A DNA stretch of 62,879 nucleotides, the filler included, from Octopus bimaculoides (Eukaryota), in assembly GCF_001194135.2 (NCBI RefSeq). It is 7 parts of 7 records of this genome, joined end to end, with 100 filler letters (N's around TTAATTAATTAA, not from the genome) between each part and the next. Parts side by side here need not be neighbours in the genome. Positions count along the whole stretch, not along the records: positions 24,674 to 35,178 come from NC_068996.1; positions 35,279 to 45,701 come from NC_068987.1; 5 more parts are not named here. One strand, written 5' to 3'. A program made the translations under genes and the position numbers. The notes under the pieces were generated by a model that saw only the letters and a list, made by a program, of their open reading frames with translations, did not search any database and was not told where the DNA came from. Of the stretch, positions 26,031 to 39,059 are shown piece by piece. The stretch's first letter is position 1; every line of letters starts with the position of its first letter.

Positions 26031-27965
26031 GCATATATAAATATATCGATATATGTATATGCATATATCAAATCAAATGACATTCAAATGGAAATTGTAG
26101 CTGTAGCCAATGCCAGTACCACCTGCCTGGCTCCCTTGATCGTGGCATGCAAAAAGTACCATTCATGCATGGTTCATTGCATATATATCTTTATATATAT
26201 GTGTGTGTATGTGTGTGTGTATATATCCATATACACATAAAATATCATCATCATCGTTTAATGTCCGTTTTCCATGCTGGCATGGGTTGGACGGTTCGAC
26301 TGGGGTCTGGGAAGCCAGGAGGTTGCACCAGGCCCATGTATATATATATATACATACATACATATATACATATATATATGTATGTATGTATGTATGTATA
26401 TATGTATATATATATANNNNNNNNNNNNNNNNNNNNNNNNNNNNNNNNNNNNNNNNNNNNNNNNNNNNNNNNNNNNNNNNNNNNNNNNNNNNNNNNNNNN
26501 NNNNNNNNNNNNNNNNNNNNNNNNNNNNNNNNNNNNNNNNNNNNNNNNNNNNNNNNNNNNNNNNNNNNNNNNNNNNNNNNNNNNNNNNNNNNNNNNNNNN
26601 NNNNNNNNNNNNNNNNNNNNNNNNNNNNNNNNNNNNNNNNNNNNNNNNNNNNNNNNNNNNNNNNNNNNNNNNNNNNNNNNNNNNNNNNNNNNNNNNNNNN
26701 NNNNNNNNNNNNNNNNNNNNNNNNNNNNNNNNNNNNNNNNNNNNNNNNNNNNNNNNNNNNNNNNNNNNNNNNNNNNNNNNNNNNNNNNNNNNNNNNNNNN
26801 NNNNNNNNNNNNNNNNNNNNNNNNNNNNNNNNNNNNNNNNNNNNNNNNNNNNNNNNNNNNNNNNNNNNNNNNNNNNNNNNNNNNNNNNNNNNNNNNNNNN
26901 NNNNNNNNNNNNNNNNNNNNNNNNNNNNNNNNNNNNNNNNNNNNNNNNNNNNNNNNNNNNNNNNNNNNNNNNNNNNNNNNNNNNNNNNNNNNNNNNNNNN
27001 NNNNNNNNNNNNNNNNNNNNNNNNNNNNNNNNNNNNNNNNNNNNNNNNNNNNNNNNNNNNNNNNNNNNNNNNNNTGGGTTGGACGATTTGACTGAGGAAT
27101 GGCAAACCAGATGGCTGCACCAGGCTCCGATCTGATCTGGCAGAGTTTTTACAGCTGGATGCCCTTCCTAAAGCTAACCACTCTGAGAGTGTAGTGGGTG
27201 CTTTTACGTGCCACCAACACTAGGGCTAGTCAGGCAGTACTGGCAACGGCCATGCTGAAATGGTGTTTTCTGTGTGCCACCTGCACAGGAGCCAGTGAGG
27301 TGACCTTGCTTGAATATTCAGCAATGACCTTGCTTGAATACTTTTTCATGTGCCAGTGAGGCGATGCAGGTAATGATTACATTCGATCACGCTGGTAGCG
27401 ATCACGGAAGCCAGTCAGCTCCTCTGGCAATGATCACACTTGGATGGTGCTCTTAGCGCTCCACTAGCACAGATGCCAGTCATCGAATTTGATTTCGATT
27501 TCACTTGCCTCAACAGGTCTTCGCAAGCAGAGTTTCGTGTCCAATGAAGGAAAGGTATGCCTAAATGGGCTGGTTACACCCTTGGAATAGGCCACGGGTT
27601 ATGGTCTCACTTGGCTTGCCGGGTCTTTTCAAGCACAGCACATTTCCAAAAGTCTCGGTCACTAGTCATTGCCTCGGTGAGGCCTAAAGTTTGAAGGTCA
27701 TGCTTCACCACCTCATCCTGGGTAGATCTATGGTTGAAGTCATGTTCATCTCGTTTTATATTCAGGCAGTGTGATTTAGGATACATTGTCTTTCTTTTTT
27801 CAATGCAATATATGTGAGAGTTGAGGTAGATTTACATACTGTTTTTAGCAGGATGTGCAACTCTGAAGAGGCTCCATTACTGGTTCACAATATAAAATAA
27901 TTTTACCAATAGGTAAGAGTCCAGTTGTTAAGGATGGGCATCATGGAAAGGAACTCTGAATGCAT

Positions 27966-29852
27966 TACATCTATAATGTATAGACAGCTATATTGAATCA
28001 CATCACATGTAATAGGAAAGGGTATCATGAAGGAGTTAAAAACTGCCATCTCTGTACCTAGTGATGTGTGACAGTCTTGTTGTTAGGTGTGGGAGATGTG
28101 TTCAGGTCCTGTATAGAACTCACTTTGTCTAGCAATTTTACCCACAAGGCACTGGTAAGTCCAAGGCTATAATAGAAAAACTCTTACCAAATGATTCCAC
28201 ACAGTTTGAACAAGTCTGAAGCCTTACAGATGTACACATAAGATGAAATTGGATTCTTTTAATAGGAGTTTGTGCAATGGTTACTAGCACAGCTGTGAAC
28301 ATACTTTGCAAAGAAAGACAAAATTTGTGCATATTGAAATTGCAAAAAATTGGAGGAACACTGCTTATGAAGAAAGGTGTTTCAGCCATTACTAAACTGT
28401 ATTTTATCTAGATAGTGTATAAAACAGTAGGAAGATTTGGCTGCTATTTCTTTATGCTTGAGCAAGCATGCATAGGATCCAACATTTGCTTAAGACTTCA
28501 TTAATATTTATTTTAGAATTTCCATGGATTTTGTTCTATTTTATGTGCAGTTATTTGGGGGGGGGGCATGTGTGTGCGTGTGTGCATGTATGCATGCATT
28601 TCTCAGCTGGGAACATGGTCCTTTTCCTCTTTCCCATTTACATATCTACATCAGAACATATGTTAAAACACACACACAACCACACGTGCCTGTGCAGACA
28701 CACACGCACACGTACATATGTACACACACACGCGCACACACACACACCCACACACACATATATTCAACATTGCTGGAGGGAGCAATACTATTGAAAGTTA
28801 CTGAAATTATTGTGATCAACAGCTGATAAAAGTAATGTCCCACAGTGCAAGCTGTATGAAGAATATATATATATGTACATATACATCTAAATACATAGGC
28901 ACACACACACACACACACACACATACACACACACATTTGGAATCTGGAATGAAAAATTACTTTAATCATATTTGAAGCAATGTTTTATATCTTATCAATT
29001 TCTCATCTTTATTTAAAGAAGTTATGTAGGAAAAGCAGGGAGAGGTGAGGACTTGGGGCTAGAATATTTCCTTTTGGTTTCAGAAAAATGTGTGAAATCC
29101 CAGATAGTCGAGTGCAATGTCTGAAAACCCTTTTAGAATGGCGCTATATACATAAATAGTGAAATCTTAATAATCTACATCAAGGGACATGATAACAAAA
29201 TATATATATATGAAGCTATGCCAGAAGCTATGTTGCCAAGAGATCCAAAGTATTTATTCAAGTTATTCTTTTATTCGTTTACTTGTTCCAGTTGCAGAAC
29301 TGTGCCCATGCTGGAGCACTGCCTTGATGGGTGTTTTTAGTTGATCAAATCTACTGCAGTACTTATCTTTTAAATCTGGTAGCTATCTATGTGTCTCTTT
29401 TTTTGATGAAGTACTAAATTATGGGGAAGTAAACAAACCAACAATGATTGTCAAGTGGTGAAAAACACATACACAACTTCATTTATGTCAGCTTCCCATA
29501 TGGTTCCCACCTACCAATTTGGTAGGTGGAAAATGTTACATCTATGATGTATAGACAGCTATATTGAATCACATTACATGTAATAGGAAAGGGTATCATG
29601 GAGTTAAGAATTGCCATCTCTGTACCTAGTGATGTGTGAGTCTTGTTGTTAGATGTAGATGTATTCAGGTCCTGTATAGAACACACTATGTCTAGCAATT
29701 TTACCCACAAGGCACTGGTAAGTCCAAGGCTACAATAGAAAACTCTTACCAAATGATTCCATGCAGTTTGAACAAGTCTGAAGCCTTATAGATGTACACA
29801 CAGGATGAAATTGAATTCTTTTAATAGAAGTTTGTGCAATGGTTACTAGCAC
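27966..29852 (+). repeat. Local direct duplication of about 320 bp (27966-28292 and 29537-29852)
   Basis: tacatctat..tatagacagctatattgaatcaca..cccacaaggcactggtaagtccaaggct..gtttgtgcaatggttactagcacag is present twice. Confidence 0.85.
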
Positions 29853-30002
29853 AGATATTGGCAAGCCTGAGGTTACAGTAGAAGACATTTGCTCTATATA
29901 TTGTGTATTAAGACTGAACTCAAAAATAAATAGCTAAATAGGTGCAGGCATAGCATTTTTGTTCAGAAATTTGCTTCTTAACCAAATAACCATTTGCTTA
30001 TT

Positions 30003-30225
30003 CTTTTCTATCTTTTTCTGCTCTAGGCACAAAGCATGAAATTTTGGGGAGGGAGCCAGTCGATTAGACTGACCCCAGTATGCAACTGCTATTTAATTTA
30101 TCAACCCCAAAAGGATGAAAGGTAAAGTCGACCTCGGTGGAATTGAACTCAGAATGTAAAGACAGATGAAATTCCGCTAAGCACTTCACCCGGCGTGCTA
30201 ACGTTTCTGCCTGCTCGCCGCTTTG
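30003..30225 (-). mobile_element. SINE of the second family with a 17-bp target-site duplication
   Basis: ataaccatttgcttatt is present at 29986-30002 and 30226-30242, flanking the copy. Confidence 0.85.
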
Positions 30226-31820
30226 ATAACCATTTGCTTATTGATTTACTTTTGTACTTGTTTGCTTCCTTATCTTTTTTTTTTTTTAATTCTATTTATT
30301 TGTATGCTGGTGAAAGTCATGAACAACCCTATTTAACCATTTAGTATTCAAATTGTCATATGTAATGCTTACTTATTCACATTGTTTTCAATTAAACATG
30401 CATTATTACATAGCTTTGAAATTTCAATGATGTGATTGTTTATTTTTAGAATGACATTGTAGAGTAAGTGTAAGAGGCTAAATCTGGCTGGTTCTAACAT
30501 AAAACAAGTAAAATATCTGAGCTGGATATGACTGGTTTAAAATCTAAAAGGCTTAATACAAATTAAATCCCCTTGTTTTCTTTATGTATAAAGGGCAGTA
30601 GATTGGCAGACAAAATAACATGTGGTATTCATCTCAGCTTAGTGGAAGTATTTTAGTGGACAAAAATATTTTACAGTATTCTTTCCGGCTCTTTATATTC
30701 TGAGTTTGTCTATGACAACACTGGTACCAAGGTGTATTCCCCTTCCCCTAGACACTATCAGTAACATAAAAAGGGGAAACTTGCTGCAGGAAAACTGCTG
30801 GTTTTCCATTAAAAAAAAGCCTTATCCATGCCTACATTTTGGTTCATGGATATTCTAGGTGTAATATCCATGAACAATTCTGACCAAAAGACATAATGTG
30901 ATAAATTATTAAGTATAAAAATAGCAATAATACATCTCATCAACATTTAACATCTGTTTTCCACATTGGCATAGTTAGACAGTTCAATAGGAACTGGTGA
31001 ACCAGAGGACTTTATGAATCTCTGATGTCTGCTTTGGCATGGTTTCCAAGACTGGGTGCCCTTCTTAATACTAACCACTTCACAGAGTTTACTGGATGCT
31101 TTTTACATGACACTAGCACCAGTGAGATCACTAAGTAACTTGCAAAATAAGATCCCTTCAACCAACGGGGACAAATTCAAACATGATAATACTGATTGCT
31201 ATTATGTTTCTTCTTGATACAACATTTTCTCTCATTAGACAATGTATATTCATAACATACACACAATTCATTGACATATGAGAACTTTGAGACACCATAA
31301 TATTTCAACATCATTGGAGCCGCTCTAGTTAAAGCTACTTCAAATTAATGAATCTAAATGAGAGTAGTGGCTCTTGTTTATAGAAATCAGCAAGCAAATT
31401 ATTTGCAGGTGTGTGCCGATGTCTGCGAAACTGATATGTGGATCTTAAAGGACCCTGACAACAATGAATCACATTATGAACATTCATCATCTAAGAGAAG
31501 ATACCCTCTGAACATGAAGTACAACAGCAATCAGCATATTCAAGCTCAAATCTGCCAAAACATAACAAGAATGAATATCTAAGTTATTAGATTCTTGCTG
31601 TTCCACATGGAGACCAATGAATTATTAATACAAAATAGTTTTTTGTTTTTTTTTAACAAAAAAGAATGTAACTGAGTATGATGAAATATAATGACAGACA
31701 GATAGATATGTGTGAGTAATTTAAATAACCATCTTTAGCTTTGCAATGATGTTATTATGTTTCAACACAACAACATCGAAAAATACCTTAGGAATGAGAA
31801 CCCAGGTTCGAAATTTCCCC

Positions 31821-31866
31821 AAGACACCTGATGAAGGCTGGAGGGTATATCAGCCGAAACGTTGTT
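31821..31866 (+). ncRNA. Variant hammerhead-like motif in a repeat family (extra A after core)
   Basis: GACAC-CUGAUGA-A-GGCUG-GAGGGUAUAU-CAGCC-GAAA-CGUU. Helix II is 5 bp and there is an ACGU palindrome, but helix I is only 2 bp in this copy. A second, partial copy lies at about 45620-45701. Confidence 0.4.
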
Positions 31867-32415
31867 AACAATAAACAAGATGAGGACAAATATCCGTCAA
31901 ATGTAAATAATTCCTCATTTCTTAAATATAGAATTGTATTATATATATATATATATATATATATNNNNNNNNNNNNNNNNNNNNNNNNNNNNNNNNNNNN
32001 NNNNNNNNNNNNNNNNNNNNNNNNNNNNNNNNNNNNNNNNNNNNNNNNNNNNNNNNNNNNNNNNNNNNNNNNNNNNNNNNNNNNNNNNNNNNNNNNNNNN
32101 NNNNNNNNNNNNNNNNNNNNNNNNNNNNNNNNNNNNNNNNNNNNNNNNNNNNNNNNNNNNNNNNNNNNNNNNNNNNNNNNNNNNNNNNNNNNNNNNNNNN
32201 NNNNNNNNNNNNNNNNNNNNNNNNNNNNNNNNNNNNNNNNNNNNNNNNNNNNNNNNNNNNNNNNNNNNNNNNNNNNNNNNNNNNNNNNNNNNNNNNNNNN
32301 NNNNNNNNNNNNNNNNNNNNNNNNNNNNNNNNNNNNNNNNNNNNNNNNNNNNNNNNNNNNNNNNNNNNNNNNNNNNNNNNNNNNNNNNNNNNNNNNNNNN
32401 NNNNNNNNNNNNNNN

Positions 32416-32452
<37 letters not shown>

Positions 32453-32874
32453 TACATAGATACATTCATTACGTATACATAAGCCGTTTATTGAGATCAC
32501 TTTGGGACGGGTCATTTTAATAATAAACAAGGTAGCGTATTTGGAACCCACTGAATTTGATAGCAATAAGTTTGATAATAGAATGCGTGATTATAAGCGG
32601 CTTCTGCAATACATTACTGTGTGAGAGTATGGACAGGGATGTATGCGTTCATTCATTCATAAGCTATTAGAAAGTAAAATTTAGAAAATATCTTAGATAT
32701 TCATACATATATATATATATATGAGAGAAATTTCCTATTTATTCCTCCCTTTTTAAATGAGAAGCCGAAAACTGGAATTTTTTCAAATTGAGAAGTCGAA
32801 AAATTAAAATATTGTTACATTTTCGCGATTATATAACATCCAAGGGAAATAGGGGGAAAAAACCTATCCGTTCT

Positions 32875-32884
32875 AAGATGGCGG
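32875..32884 (+). promoter_or_regulatory. YY1-like AAGATGGCGG motif overlapping a start codon; probable housekeeping-gene 5' end
   Basis: The literal sequence aagatggcgg. This motif typically overlaps the ATG of housekeeping genes. Confidence 0.35.
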
Positions 32885-32892
32885 GTTTTCAG
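32878..32892 (+). CDS. Candidate first coding exon (MAGFQ), probably of PPIE
   Basis: ATG in an AAGATGGCGG context followed by the strong donor CAG|gtgaga, in a CpG-retaining stretch 2.9 kb upstream of the first PPIE RRM exon. It ends in phase 0, so an unseen exon (the KRVLYVG equivalent) would be needed to join it. Confidence 0.4.
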
Positions 32893-33143
32893 GTGAGATC
32901 GTTTGACAGTGTCTTATCTGGTGTTTTTACTGTTTATCAGAACTTAAATCATTATTCAGTTTCTAGTAGAAATTGCACGTCAGAACTAAAATAGTATCCT
33001 TATTAAATCGGTTATCTTACTGAAAAGAAATAGAAAGAACGGAGTATCTGAGTGTCTGAAAACCTTGGCAAATTTCAGTTAATTTAATTGAAAACTAAAT
33101 ATAAGTAGACATATACATTATAACATCTATCTATCTCTATACC

Positions 33144-33180
<37 letters not shown>

Positions 33181-34309
33181 GGGACAGGGACAGAAAAAGA
33201 AAAGAAAAGAAGAAAGACATTTAAACATAAACGCGATGAGTTGCTAGAATCGTTAGAGTACGGAGTAAAATGCCCCGATCTAATTGTTCCAGCCCTTTAC
33301 GTTGTGAATTCAAACACCAGTGAGGACAACTGTCGACTTGTGCCAACCTGAAACGGTCAATCTAGTATAGAGTAAAGTCCCACTACGTTGCCTGACGCTG
33401 GATTTTTCCAACTGCAGGTGAAAAGATACACCTGTTGGACTACACTGCAATCCATATCAATATTGTCTAGCTGTTAACTAACATCATGTATTGCTGTCGT
33501 AAAACACACATATGCACAACATCTATGTACACATACACATATATGATTTACACACACATTTGATAAGCACAGAAGCCGGTAAGCATTATATATATATATA
33601 GATAGATAGACAGATAGATAGGCAGTCAATTATGTTAAATCGTGTTATTTCCTCATACCTAAACGTTGACGTCTATAAAGTTTATTCATAGGTAAATCTG
33701 AAATAAACAGGTGTTTGTATGTGTACGTATATATGTGCGTTTATATATCTATATATTTGTGTGTGTGTGTAAAATATTCAGTAAGCTAGAGGCAATGGTT
33801 GGAGGGGAAAATAATTTTATCTATCATTTATTTATTTACTTTCACATTTCTGTTTCTGTTTATACAAGAAAGAAGTGGATATTCATCTGTTTGTTCAGGC
33901 CGGACATGAAACCTCTCCCCTTTCAGAAATCATTAAAATAATCACTGTGCTTTAAGTGAAGCAGCTTCTTTCAATTCTTGGATTCTTTTATTGTTTTTCA
34001 CGAAGCAGACTCAGTCTGCTACTTTTCTAAATTATGAGAGCATCTGGCACAGTTTCAAATGATGAAACACAGAGTATATATAATGTATTACTTCAGCCAT
34101 AACTTGTTATATGACCTCAAAAGATCGAATAACGATTTCTATAAATGTTTAAAGGTTTATACAACTTACATGACTGAGAACACGCCATTAGAGAAACTAA
34201 TTTAAGGCTCATAATTGTTGAAAACGAAATGTTTAAACGACTAATTATGACGGAATACAGCCAGATACTTGCTACAAACACAAATATACACATACGTGTG
34301 TGTATGTAT

Positions 34310-34344
<35 letters not shown>

Positions 34345-34926
34345 AACAACACATAAGTAATATATATGTATATATTTGTATGTCTATGAATGTGTATGTA
34401 CTTATATATGTATATGTATATTTGTGTGTACATGTGATGAGTGTAAAAATTGAATGCTGATATAGACTATGATAGGATGAAAAGAAGAAATTAAACAAAC
34501 GAACAAAAGAAATGCATTAATAAGAGTGTTTAAAGCAGACGGCGTCGGAGCAGAGGAAATCACCATGGATACGTATGAAACATTGATGTCTTAAGTAAAT
34601 GAATACTAACAATAATATTAATACTAATAACAGCAATAATAATACAACAGTAGCCAGGATGGTATATTATAGGCAACAGCTCAATTAAACAGCTGAACAT
34701 TAAGCAGCTAATTCACACACGCGCACACACATACACGCATAAACTAGAACGCAGTAGTTACTGCAAACATACATACACACACAACACACGGAAACTAGAG
34801 CAGTTTATCGCATCAAGTCAATTTTTACTTTCAGTTTCATTATTGTCACATGTGACAATAATGAAATTGAAAGTACGTGTAGCTGTCATAAAATAGTTCA
34901 CACATAGATTGCATGCATACATACAA

Positions 34927-34961
<35 letters not shown>

Positions 34962-35147
34962 CACATAAATACATATATAATATATAATTATGTAACGTCA
35001 GGTGTTTCTCCCCCACCTCCCACCACCACTGATGTCTCTCATATGTTCAACAGAAAGCAATAAAAACTGTAAGATACGATGATTTAATATTATTTTTCCG
35101 TAAACTTGCAATAGTGAAATGTGTGTGTATGTTGTGGTTGAGGGGAT

Positions 35148-35178
<31 letters not shown>

Positions 35179-35789
35179 NNNNNNNNNNNNNNNNNNNNNN
35201 NNNNNNNNNNNNNNNNNNNNNNTTAATTAATTAANNNNNNNNNNNNNNNNNNNNNNNNNNNNNNNNNNNNNNNNNNNNAAGAGAAGAAGTTGTTTTATAT
35301 GACACATCCTATCAGTGCCCCAAGTTTGAAAGTGTTTCGTTAAGAATTAGCTCTAAATAAAAAAGAGAAAAAAACACACACACACGCACGCACGCACACA
35401 CACACACACACGCACGCACGCACACACACACGCACGCACGCACACACACACACACATACACACACACACACACACAGAGGCTTCTGCACAATTTTCCTCT
35501 ACCTAATTCCACTTTCATAGTATTGGTCACTCCATGGTTACAGAAGACACTTGACCAAGAAGGTGCATAATGCGATTGTACATGGAGCCATGTAGTTGTG
35601 AAGCAAATTTCTTAGCTTCATGGCTATGCTTTGAGAGTAAAGATAAAAACAATATGGCCATAGCTAGAACACCTTTATTCATAGGACCTTTCAATGAAGG
35701 CAGACATAGGTTGAACAGCATCGTCAAGCCACCTACTTAGCCTCTACTCTGATGTTTGATTTCTTAAAAAGTATTTATTTTTATTGTAG

Positions 35790-35888
35790 GTGGTTTGGCT
35801 GAGGAAGTAGATGAGAAAGTGTTACAAGCTGCATTCATTCCATTTGGTGATATTGTTTACATTCAGATCCCTCTTGATTATGAAACTG
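35790..35888 (+). CDS. PPIE: PPIE/Cyp33 coding exon, RRM N-half (G)[32 protein letters not shown](E)
   Basis: 99-nt exon bounded by ttttattgtag and gtaaga, phase 1 to phase 1. The translation is near-identical to the [41 protein letters not shown]. Confidence 0.95.
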
Positions 35889-36669
35889 GTAAGAAACTCG
35901 TGTTTTATTTCACAAACACAATATTGTGATACATTCAAACATGGTTTTTCATTCAGTCCCACTGAGTGGCACCTTGGGTAAGTGTCTTTTGCTATAGCCC
36001 CAGGCTAATCCAACCCTTGTATATAGTTTTAGTGGACAGAAACTGAAAGGAGCTGTTTTATATTTGTGTGTATATATGAGTGTTAGTGTCTCCTTATCTT
36101 GATATTGCATGATAGTTGTAAATAAGTGTCACCACCATTCAAGCAGTGACTTTTGTTTACAGACTTTCATTCTTTCATAAAAACATGTCTGACCACGTGG
36201 AAATATTATCTTGCTTAGAAACAAGTGAAGGTTGGCAACATGCAGGCGATCTGGCCATAGAAAATCTGCTTCAACAAATTCTTTCTAGCCCAATGCAGTC
36301 ACAAAAAGTGGATGTTAAATCAATCATGATTTGAGATTAAACTGAGATAAGAACTTTAGCATATCCTTTTAGCCTTTATTTGCATTTTTAATATGATTTC
36401 AATATGCTGTAAATATAATGCATGTAAGTTGATTTAATGTAAGAGATATGACCATTCTAGACTGGGAATATTACAGAAATGGATAATACATTCAAGTTAA
36501 TATTGATAATACCAAATATTGATAATACCAAAAAAAAAAAAGTCTTAGCAAGAAGTAGAAAGATAAATATTGGGAATTCTGGCCTCAACACATGAGATGC
36601 ATTGAGAAACATTTATAGTACAAAATTGTCCAACCTATATCAACATGCAAAAATGAGTATTAAATTGAT

Positions 36670-38310
36670 GATAATGACATTAACATCTGTGTTTCATACT
36701 GGCATAGGTTGGATGGTTTGACAGGATACAATGTATCCAAGGACTGCATTGTGCTCCAATATCTGTTTTGGCATAATTTGTACAGCTAGATGCACTTCCT
36801 GATACCAACTACTTTACAGCGTGGACTGGGTGCTTTTTTCATGTTACCTGCACTATTGAGGCCACCATGCAGCTCACAGACCTTCAAATCCTGTATTGGT
36901 GGGCGTGTGGATTGAACTATGAGGTGGGTGGGGAGTCAGTGCAGGTTCTTGTAGAGGACCTGCATGGCTGCTCACATCTAGTAGAAAAAGGGAAAGCAAG
37001 AGATGAACAGTGGAAGCTGCAAGAGACAGATAATGGCAACGAAGTACCTAGATGACCCCACAAGGCATAAGGTAAACTTAAGAATTGGTTTGTAAGATTG
37101 TATGGGAAGGAGGGCTAGGGGAAGTAATGTGGAAGCAGACTGACAGAAAGGGCAGGGTTGAAGGGTGGATGAGCAAGAAGACATGAGTTGGGAAAGATAG
37201 CAGGATACAGAAGAAAGTGGAAGTGGGTCAAGCAGCAAGAGTAGCAAGAATGATACAGTTGTCAGGTAGGGAGGACAAGAGAGATGAATGACATGGTAAT
37301 CTACAAGAGCTGGGAGGCAGGCCTAATACATGGGATGCTGTGGGGATGAGTGACTGTAACATGGATGGAGAGCACAATACATAGCAGTTGCAGAACAAGG
37401 TTTCTTTTTCAAGAATCTCATTTTGCTAGAAATCTTAGTCCTTAGTCATTTCTTCCATCAGGCCTAGGGTCTTGAGGTCAGCCTTAACCACTTCATCCCA
37501 TGGCTTCCTGGATCTCCCCCTTTTGCAAGTTCTGGCTACATTTAGCAATCAGCATTCTTTTATACAGCTGTCCTCCTCCATACGTGTCACATGCCCATAC
37601 TAGCACAGTGTTCTTTGTTGCACACAACAACTGATTCTTCCTGTTTTCCACTCAGCACTTTTGTTCTAATACTTTCATGTACTTTTCATGCATGCTCTGC
37701 ATATCCAGCAGAGCATACTCACTTTGTTTCTTTCTAGTCTTCTCAAGGCCAATACTTTCAATACTATGCATCATTGTAGCTCAAATCCAAGCATCATACA
37801 GTCTGCCCTTCAGTCTTAGGGAAAACGTCTTTGTTGTTAGCAGTTAGCACTCCTTGAACTTTCTCCAACCACTTCTCAATGAAGCCACTATACTTTCAGG
37901 GCAACCACCTCCCTTGCTAATTACATCTCATAGGTGACAAAAGCCACTTTCAATGAGCTATCTGGGCATTTAAAAGACTCAGTTTTTGGTGTGCGTGTAT
38001 GAACTGCACATGTATGTACACTGCATATGAAGCTTACATTTTTGGAAAATCTGCTAATTATTCCACTAGATCCTTTTATGTCCATTGTTTACATCAAGTA
38101 CAGTGTATGGAGTTTATACCTACTCCTGTCTTCTTTGCTAGTTATTAAAATCTTAATCTTTGCTAGGTTTGCATAATGACCTCTCAATTCCAGTTTTAGC
38201 TTCCATGCCTGGAATTCCTTCTCTAATTCCTCTATGGATTCAGATATAAGAACTAAATCATCAGCCTGTAGGGGTTTCTGTGGATAATCAGTCTTACTCT
38301 CCTCTGTGGT
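36670..38310 (-). mobile_element. Old degraded RTE LINE 3' part in a PPIE intron
   Basis: Minus-strand remnants QADDLVLISESIEELEKEFQAWK (about 38170-38275) and SRKPWDEVVKADLKTLGL (about 37460-37515). The terminus near 36670 resembles the window's RTE-tail repeat family. Confidence 0.6.
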
Positions 38311-38726
38311 TGATTTTATCTTTGGTAATACCGGATTAAAAAAAAAAAAAAAACTTGAGTTAAGGATTATTGTTTGTTTACATTCTGAGAATTTACGGCA
38401 GCAAATACGCTACAAAACATTTTCTTTTTATTACTATAGTTTTCCATTTAAATTTTTCTTACAGTGACATCTTCATTTTCATTCTATTTGAAAAATTTAT
38501 GGCAGAGAATTCCTTGCAAAACCACTGTTTTCTTTTCACGATCATTTTTTCACTTTAGTTTTTCTCTTTCCTTCATCTCTTTGTTACCTGCTCCTCCTCT
38601 CTCCTTCCCTTGCATATCTTCCTCCTTTCCTGCTTCTATCTCCCTCCCTTTATCTCTCGTTACACCTCTCTCCCTCCCTCTTCTATATCTATCTATATAT
38701 ATATATATATATAATATATATATATA

Positions 38727-38762
<36 letters not shown>

Positions 38763-38923
38763 CAGTAAGAAAATGGAGGGGAATATGTGGTACTCATCAA
38801 CTTGATTAATCTGTTTATTTTATAACCAAAATGACAATATATATAGACAATTATGACATACCATGTCATATCAACAATTAAGATTTCAAATTTAATGGAC
38901 ATCTAGCAACTGGAGAAGGGACA

Positions 38924-39059
38924 AAATCTTACAGCTGTTTCGGCCTAGTGTTGGCATGCCGCATTCTATTTATATAACTCCAGTACTCTGGAGTAATTAG
39001 TAGATGAAAATGATGTTATGGGGGTACATGCATGATTCACTAGGCCTCTTCAGAGATTT
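38924..39059 (-). ncRNA. Type I hammerhead ribozyme, canonical core, long helix II loop
   Basis: Minus strand reads AAAUCU-CUGAAGA-GGCCUAGUG-[87 nt]-CACUAGGCC-GAAA-C-AGCU-GUA^AGAUUU. Helix I is 6 bp, helix II is 9 perfect bp, helix III is the palindrome ACAGCUGU. Confidence 0.85.

Noticed and set aside
33690-33730. NRCLYV segment as the missing PPIE KRVLYVG exon
   Set aside because: No acceptor/donor pair gives an open phase 0 to phase 1 exon.
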